A stretch of DNA of 64,000 bases, from the NCBI GenBank assembly GCA_937943575.1, contig CALEAV010000007.1, positions 9,969 to 73,968 of the forward strand, written 5' to 3'. Shown here piece after piece: positions 60,214 through 64,000 of this stretch. Below the pieces are notes generated by a model, which did not search any database, had not been told where the DNA came from, and saw only the letters and a list, made by a program, of their open reading frames with translations. The stretch's first letter is position 1; each line of letters starts with the position of its first letter. Source of the DNA: an uncultured bacterium. GTDB taxonomy: Bacteria > Desulfobacterota > Desulfobaccia > Desulfobaccales > 0-14-0-80-60-11. A program made the translations under genes and the position numbers.

Positions 60214-60553
60214 GGCCAAGCCTCCAGGAGGGTGAGGGCGGCGGGAAAGCTCGAAAGGAAGGGGGAAAGCCCGGTCTCTTCCGAGGGCCTCAAGCGCACC
60301 CCCATCGTAGCACATCCAAAAAAATAAAAAAATTTTTAATTTTGTTGGATATATTTTCTTTAAATTCAAACGAGTCCCGGCGGAGGAAGGGCCAGGCAGG
60401 GGAGCCCCTTGCCCCTCTCCCTCACCCCTGTCCCCGGAGGCGGGGAAGGGAGAAGGAGGCGCCACCGATCCCACCCTTTCCCGCTCCTCCCCTGCCAAGG
60501 CTGTCTGATGGCAGGGTGTGGCAAAAAGGGGGAGAAATCGGGAGGCACCTGAG

Positions 60554-61021
60554 ATGGAGATCTCCATCCCCGGGTTTGGTGACCTGTCCCTGGCCCATCT
60601 GGTCCTGGACTACAACGGCACCCTGGCCGCCGACGGCCGGCTGCTCCCCGGGGTGGCGCCGCGCCTTGTCCGGCTGGCCCCGAGCCTGGAGGTGCATGTG
60701 CTCACCGCCGACACCTTCGGGGGGGTCAGGGAGGAGTTGGCCGGGCTGCCGGTGAGGGTGACCGTTATTCCCCGGGGGGACGAAGCTCAGGCCAAGGCCG
60801 GGGTTGTCCGGACCCTGGGGGCGGAGCGCACCGCCGCCATCGGCAACGGCCGCAACGACGCCCTGATGCTCTCGGAGGCGGCCCTGGGGGTGGCGGTCCT
60901 GCAGGGGGAGGGCGCCGCCCGGGAGGCTTTGCTGGCCGCCGACGTGGTGGCCCCGGACATCCAGGCGGCCCTGGACCTTTTCCTCCACCCCGCCCGCCTC
61001 CTCGCCACCCTGCGGGCCTGA
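60554..61021 (+). CDS. Soluble P-type ATPase-like HAD hydrolase
   Basis: LVLDYNGTLAADG, LTADTFG, AIGNGRND, RLLATLR. Confidence 0.88.
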   Translation: MEISIPGFGDLSLAHLVLDYNGTLAADGRLLPGVAPRLVRLAPSLEVHVLTADTFGGVREELAGLPVRVTVIPRGDEAQAKAGVVRTLGAERTAAIGNGRNDALMLSEAALGVAVLQGEGAAREALLAADVVAPDIQAALDLFLHPARLLATLRA

Positions 61022-61073
61022 AGGGCGCCCGGCCGCGCCCCCGGGGAAGCCCCGCCCGCAAAGCCGCCGCAGG

Positions 61074-61628
61074 TCAGCCGGGCGGCAGCCGCAGGCGCTC
61101 CACGAGGCCCAGCTCCCGGATCAGCCGGGCCACGGCCGGGGGCACCAGGTGCTCCCAGGGCTCGCCTTGCCCCATCAGACGGCGGATGGCGGTGCCGCTG
61201 AGCCCTTTTTCCTCCGGGGTCCGGCGCCACAGGACCTCCACCTTGAGCCCCAGGCCGGTGAACTGGGCCAGTTTCCTCTCACCCCAGGCATCGTAAATGG
61301 TGAGGTAGAAAGTGGCCTCCAGGGGCACATAGTAGCGATAAAGCTCCGGGAAATTGATGGGCAGGGGCACCACCGCCATCTCCCGGCAGTCCAGCCCCGC
61401 CTCCCACAGGGCCTCCCGCACCAGGAGATGGCGCTCCCAGTAGGTGAGGGGGTTGTGCTTTGGGGAACTGCGGTGCGGGTCCGCCGGGTCAAAGCGGGTG
61501 TGGCTGGGATCCGGGTTGGTGATGCCCACCACCAGCCGGCGGCAGCGGGCCTTGGCGGCCAGCACATATTTCAGGTGATCCAGGTGAAAGATCTGAAAGC
61601 GGCCGTGCACCACTCCGAGCTCAGTCAT
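61074..61628 (-). CDS. NadM-like nucleotidyltransferase
   Basis: HGRFQIFHLDH, VVGITN, NPLTYWER, SGTAIR, WEHLVP. Confidence 0.8.
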   Translation of the reverse strand: MTELGVVHGRFQIFHLDHLKYVLAAKARCRRLVVGITNPDPSHTRFDPADPHRSSPKHNPLTYWERHLLVREALWEAGLDCREMAVVPLPINFPELYRYYVPLEATFYLTIYDAWGERKLAQFTGLGLKVEVLWRRTPEEKGLSGTAIRRLMGQGEPWEHLVPPAVARLIRELGLVERLRLPPG

Positions 61629-62946
61629 CGTCGCCCCCTTGCTGCCGGCCGAGGCGTAAGGACCGATAATTTCCGGGAAAATAGGGCTGATCCCGGGGGC
61701 TGTCCCGGAGGCCCATCAGCTTCCCCCGGTCCAGGAAGTTCAGAATGAGAGGCATCAGCTCCTCGCCCCTGACCAGCCCCAGGGCGCCCTGGGCGCAATC
61801 GATCTCCGCAAAGCGCTCGACCCGGTCCCGCCAGGTGTATTTCCCCAGCAGCAAAAGCGGCACCGGCTCCCCGGAGTGGATCATGGGCCCGGCGCTGGGG
61901 GTGGCGTGGTCGGCGGTGATCACCAGAAGCGTCTCCGGGTCGGGGACGATCTCCTCCAGAGCCACCGCCAGGGCCGCATCCAGGGTCTCGATCACCGCCC
62001 GCTTGTGATCCGGGTCCTTGGTGTGGGCCGCTTCGTCGGGGGCCTTGGTGTGCACATAGACAAAATCATACTGCCTAGCCCGGGCGGCCTGCCGGAGCCG
62101 GCCCGCCAGGTCCCGGGCGGGGTCCGCCGTGTCCTGCACCGGCGCCATCCTGAACCCCAAAAAGCGGCACAACCCCTGATAGAGGATTCCCGCCGCCACG
62201 GCCAGAGCTCTGAGGCCCCATTTCTCCCCGAAGGGCCTCACCGGCCGCCACTGCCCCGCCCGCTGCAGGCCCACGGCATTGAGGGGGGAAAGCCCCGCCC
62301 GGCGCCGGGCCCGGTTGAGGGGATGGGCGGCCAGCCGGGCATGGCTCCAGGCCGCATAGGCGTTGAGGACCCGGGCGGTGCGCCGGGCCCGGACATCGCC
62401 TTCATGCCCCTCCAGGGGCTGCACCTCCATCAACGGCCGCCCTTCGTAGATGGGATTGGAGTCGGTGACCGCCGCCGACACCTCCCCCCGAAGCCGCACA
62501 ATCCCCCGGATGCCCCCGGTGGGGATGAAGGAGACCTCCACCCCCTGGGCGGTGAACTCCCCCACCGCCGCCAGGAGCGTCCGGGCGGTCTCCTCCTCCA
62601 CCCGGGGGTCCTCCTCGACCAGTATCAGTTCGCCCCGCCGGCGGCGCACCGCAAAGATGCGCCCCAAGAGCGCCACCTCCTCCGGTCCCAGGGGAATCCC
62701 GGCCCCCAGGGCCTCCAGATACCCCCGCCCGGGGAACTCCGCCCAGGAATAGCCGAACAGGAGAAAATGGGCCAGCTCGCTGGGCAGGGCATACCCCAGG
62801 CGCCAGGGATGCAGGAGACCCGTCATCCCCATGGCCGCCAGCCGGTCGAGATGCGGCGTGCGGGCCGCCTCCAGGGGGGTGCGGCCGCTCAGGGCGGCGG
62901 AGGCCCGGTCCCCCAGCCCGTCCAGGATCAGGAGGATGCAGCGCAT
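61621..62946 (-). CDS. ApgM-family 2,3-bisphosphoglycerate-independent phosphoglycerate mutase-like protein
   Basis: LILDGLGD, TPLEAARTPHLD, PGRGYLEALG, HTKAPDEAAH, TADHATP, HSGEPVP. Confidence 0.85.
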   Translation of the reverse strand: MRCILLILDGLGDRASAALSGRTPLEAARTPHLDRLAAMGMTGLLHPWRLGYALPSELAHFLLFGYSWAEFPGRGYLEALGAGIPLGPEEVALLGRIFAVRRRRGELILVEEDPRVEEETARTLLAAVGEFTAQGVEVSFIPTGGIRGIVRLRGEVSAAVTDSNPIYEGRPLMEVQPLEGHEGDVRARRTARVLNAYAAWSHARLAAHPLNRARRRAGLSPLNAVGLQRAGQWRPVRPFGEKWGLRALAVAAGILYQGLCRFLGFRMAPVQDTADPARDLAGRLRQAARARQYDFVYVHTKAPDEAAHTKDPDHKRAVIETLDAALAVALEEIVPDPETLLVITADHATPSAGPMIHSGEPVPLLLLGKYTWRDRVERFAEIDCAQGALGLVRGEELMPLILNFLDRGKLMGLRDSPRDQPYFPGNYRSLRLGRQQGGDDD

Positions 62947-63059
62947 GGAGATTAAGTGATCCTTGGGGGAGGACCGGGGGGCTAGCAGACCTCCCTTCAA
63001 ACTCTCCTCCTCACCCTGGTTGAGGGGGCTGGGAGGCCACCCCTCCCCCGGCCATTCCC

Positions 63060-63896
63060 TCAGAAGGCGTGGGGGGAGGACCTCCTTCCGCTCCCCCGCT
63101 CGGAGGCCCGGAGCTGAAAATACTCCGCCACCACCGCCCGGGTCTGCCGGAGGGCCCCCTCCTCGTGCAGTTCCAGCACCCACCAGCGGCACAGGGGCAG
63201 GCCCTCCAGCAGACGCAGGCGGCCCTCCATCTGGGCCAGGCTCACCGGCGGCTGGTGCCCCGCCTCCGTCTCCTCATGATAGACGTGGGCCTGGAGGATG
63301 CGCTCCGGATGCGGGATGGTGAAGTCCTGGACGCGCCAGCCGCCGGTCACCACCGCCGGGGAGACCTGGGCATGGCCCACATCCAGGGTGCCGAAGGCCC
63401 CGGAGAGCCGGAGGAGCTTCTCATAGAGCCGGGGCCGGCTGCTCCAGCCCCAGGCCAGGTTTTCCACGCACAGGCGCAGCCCCAGCCGGTGGGCGAACTG
63501 CACCAGCTCGCTGAGGGCCGCCACCGCGGTGGGCCAGCTCAGGTCGGCGCTGGACTCCCGCCCCAGGCCGCCCAGGTGGAGGGTGACATAGCGGCCCCCC
63601 ACCTTGGAGATCAGGCGGCAGGCCTCCCGGTAAAGCCCCTGGGCCTGGCGGACTTCCCCCGGGTCTTCCGCCCCCAGGTCCACTCCGGGGAAGGCCAGGT
63701 GAAAACGGACCTCCAGGGGAGAGAGCGCTCTCAGTTCCCGGGCCAGCTCCCCCTCCGCCCGGGGGCCCCGGCTGACGGCCGCCGCCGGCAGGGTCCAGTC
63801 GATCCCTTCAAGGCCCAGATCCAGCGCCAGCTCCCGGAGTTTGGCCGCCTCCGGCAGGAAATTGCAGCAGGCGAGCTTGGGCCGAGGCCGAAGCAT
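63060..63896 (-). CDS. Sugar-phosphate isomerase/epimerase (AP-endonuclease-2 TIM barrel)
   Basis: RFH, VTLH, LCVENL, TLDVGHA, HVYH, VLE. Confidence 0.75.
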   Translation of the reverse strand: MLRPRPKLACCNFLPEAAKLRELALDLGLEGIDWTLPAAAVSRGPRAEGELARELRALSPLEVRFHLAFPGVDLGAEDPGEVRQAQGLYREACRLISKVGGRYVTLHLGGLGRESSADLSWPTAVAALSELVQFAHRLGLRLCVENLAWGWSSRPRLYEKLLRLSGAFGTLDVGHAQVSPAVVTGGWRVQDFTIPHPERILQAHVYHEETEAGHQPPVSLAQMEGRLRLLEGLPLCRWWVLELHEEGALRQTRAVVAEYFQLRASERGSGRRSSPHAF

Positions 63897-64000
63897 ACGT
63901 CTCCTCTCCCGGGCACCAGGGGGCGGCTGCCCCCGGCCCCCGGAGCAGTTCCTTGTGGAGAAATATATCGAAATATCGCCTGGGGTGTCCAGCTTTCCGA

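Overview
High-GC chromosomal segment of an anaerobe; gene content suggests Desulfobacterota (inference). 1-13.4 kb is a C1/redox cluster: FrhB-like gene (cut by the window edge), mvhD, a large hdrA, nfnAB, fhs, metV-metF and cooS. mvhD and hdrA each have an in-frame TGA at a conserved Cys followed by a hairpin, consistent with selenocysteine; the ORF track splits both genes. hdrA also carries an in-frame N-terminal HTH domain, and direct repeats lie over its predicted transcription start. 13.6-49 kb is mostly housekeeping: trxAB, bamD, surE, a Gld-type ABC transporter, TolC, sirC-ccsA-hemA, mnmG, tRNA-Met, hrcA-grpE-dnaK, phoU, rplM-rpsI-argC-truA and an MFS transporter. The best candidate for an undescribed system is a ~11 kb minus-strand cluster (49242-60213). 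It encodes an extended GT4 glycosyltransferase, five adjacent proteins sharing a helix plus beta-hairpin module (DUF2589/Trypco-like by pattern; two with coiled coils, one with a PepSY-like tail), an intact GH5 fused to a HExxH metallopeptidase, a small acidic protein, and a paralogous GH5 lacking its catalytic Glu motifs behind a charged coiled coil. No transposases, CRISPR arrays or rRNA genes were seen. All family calls are from motif recognition, not database searches.
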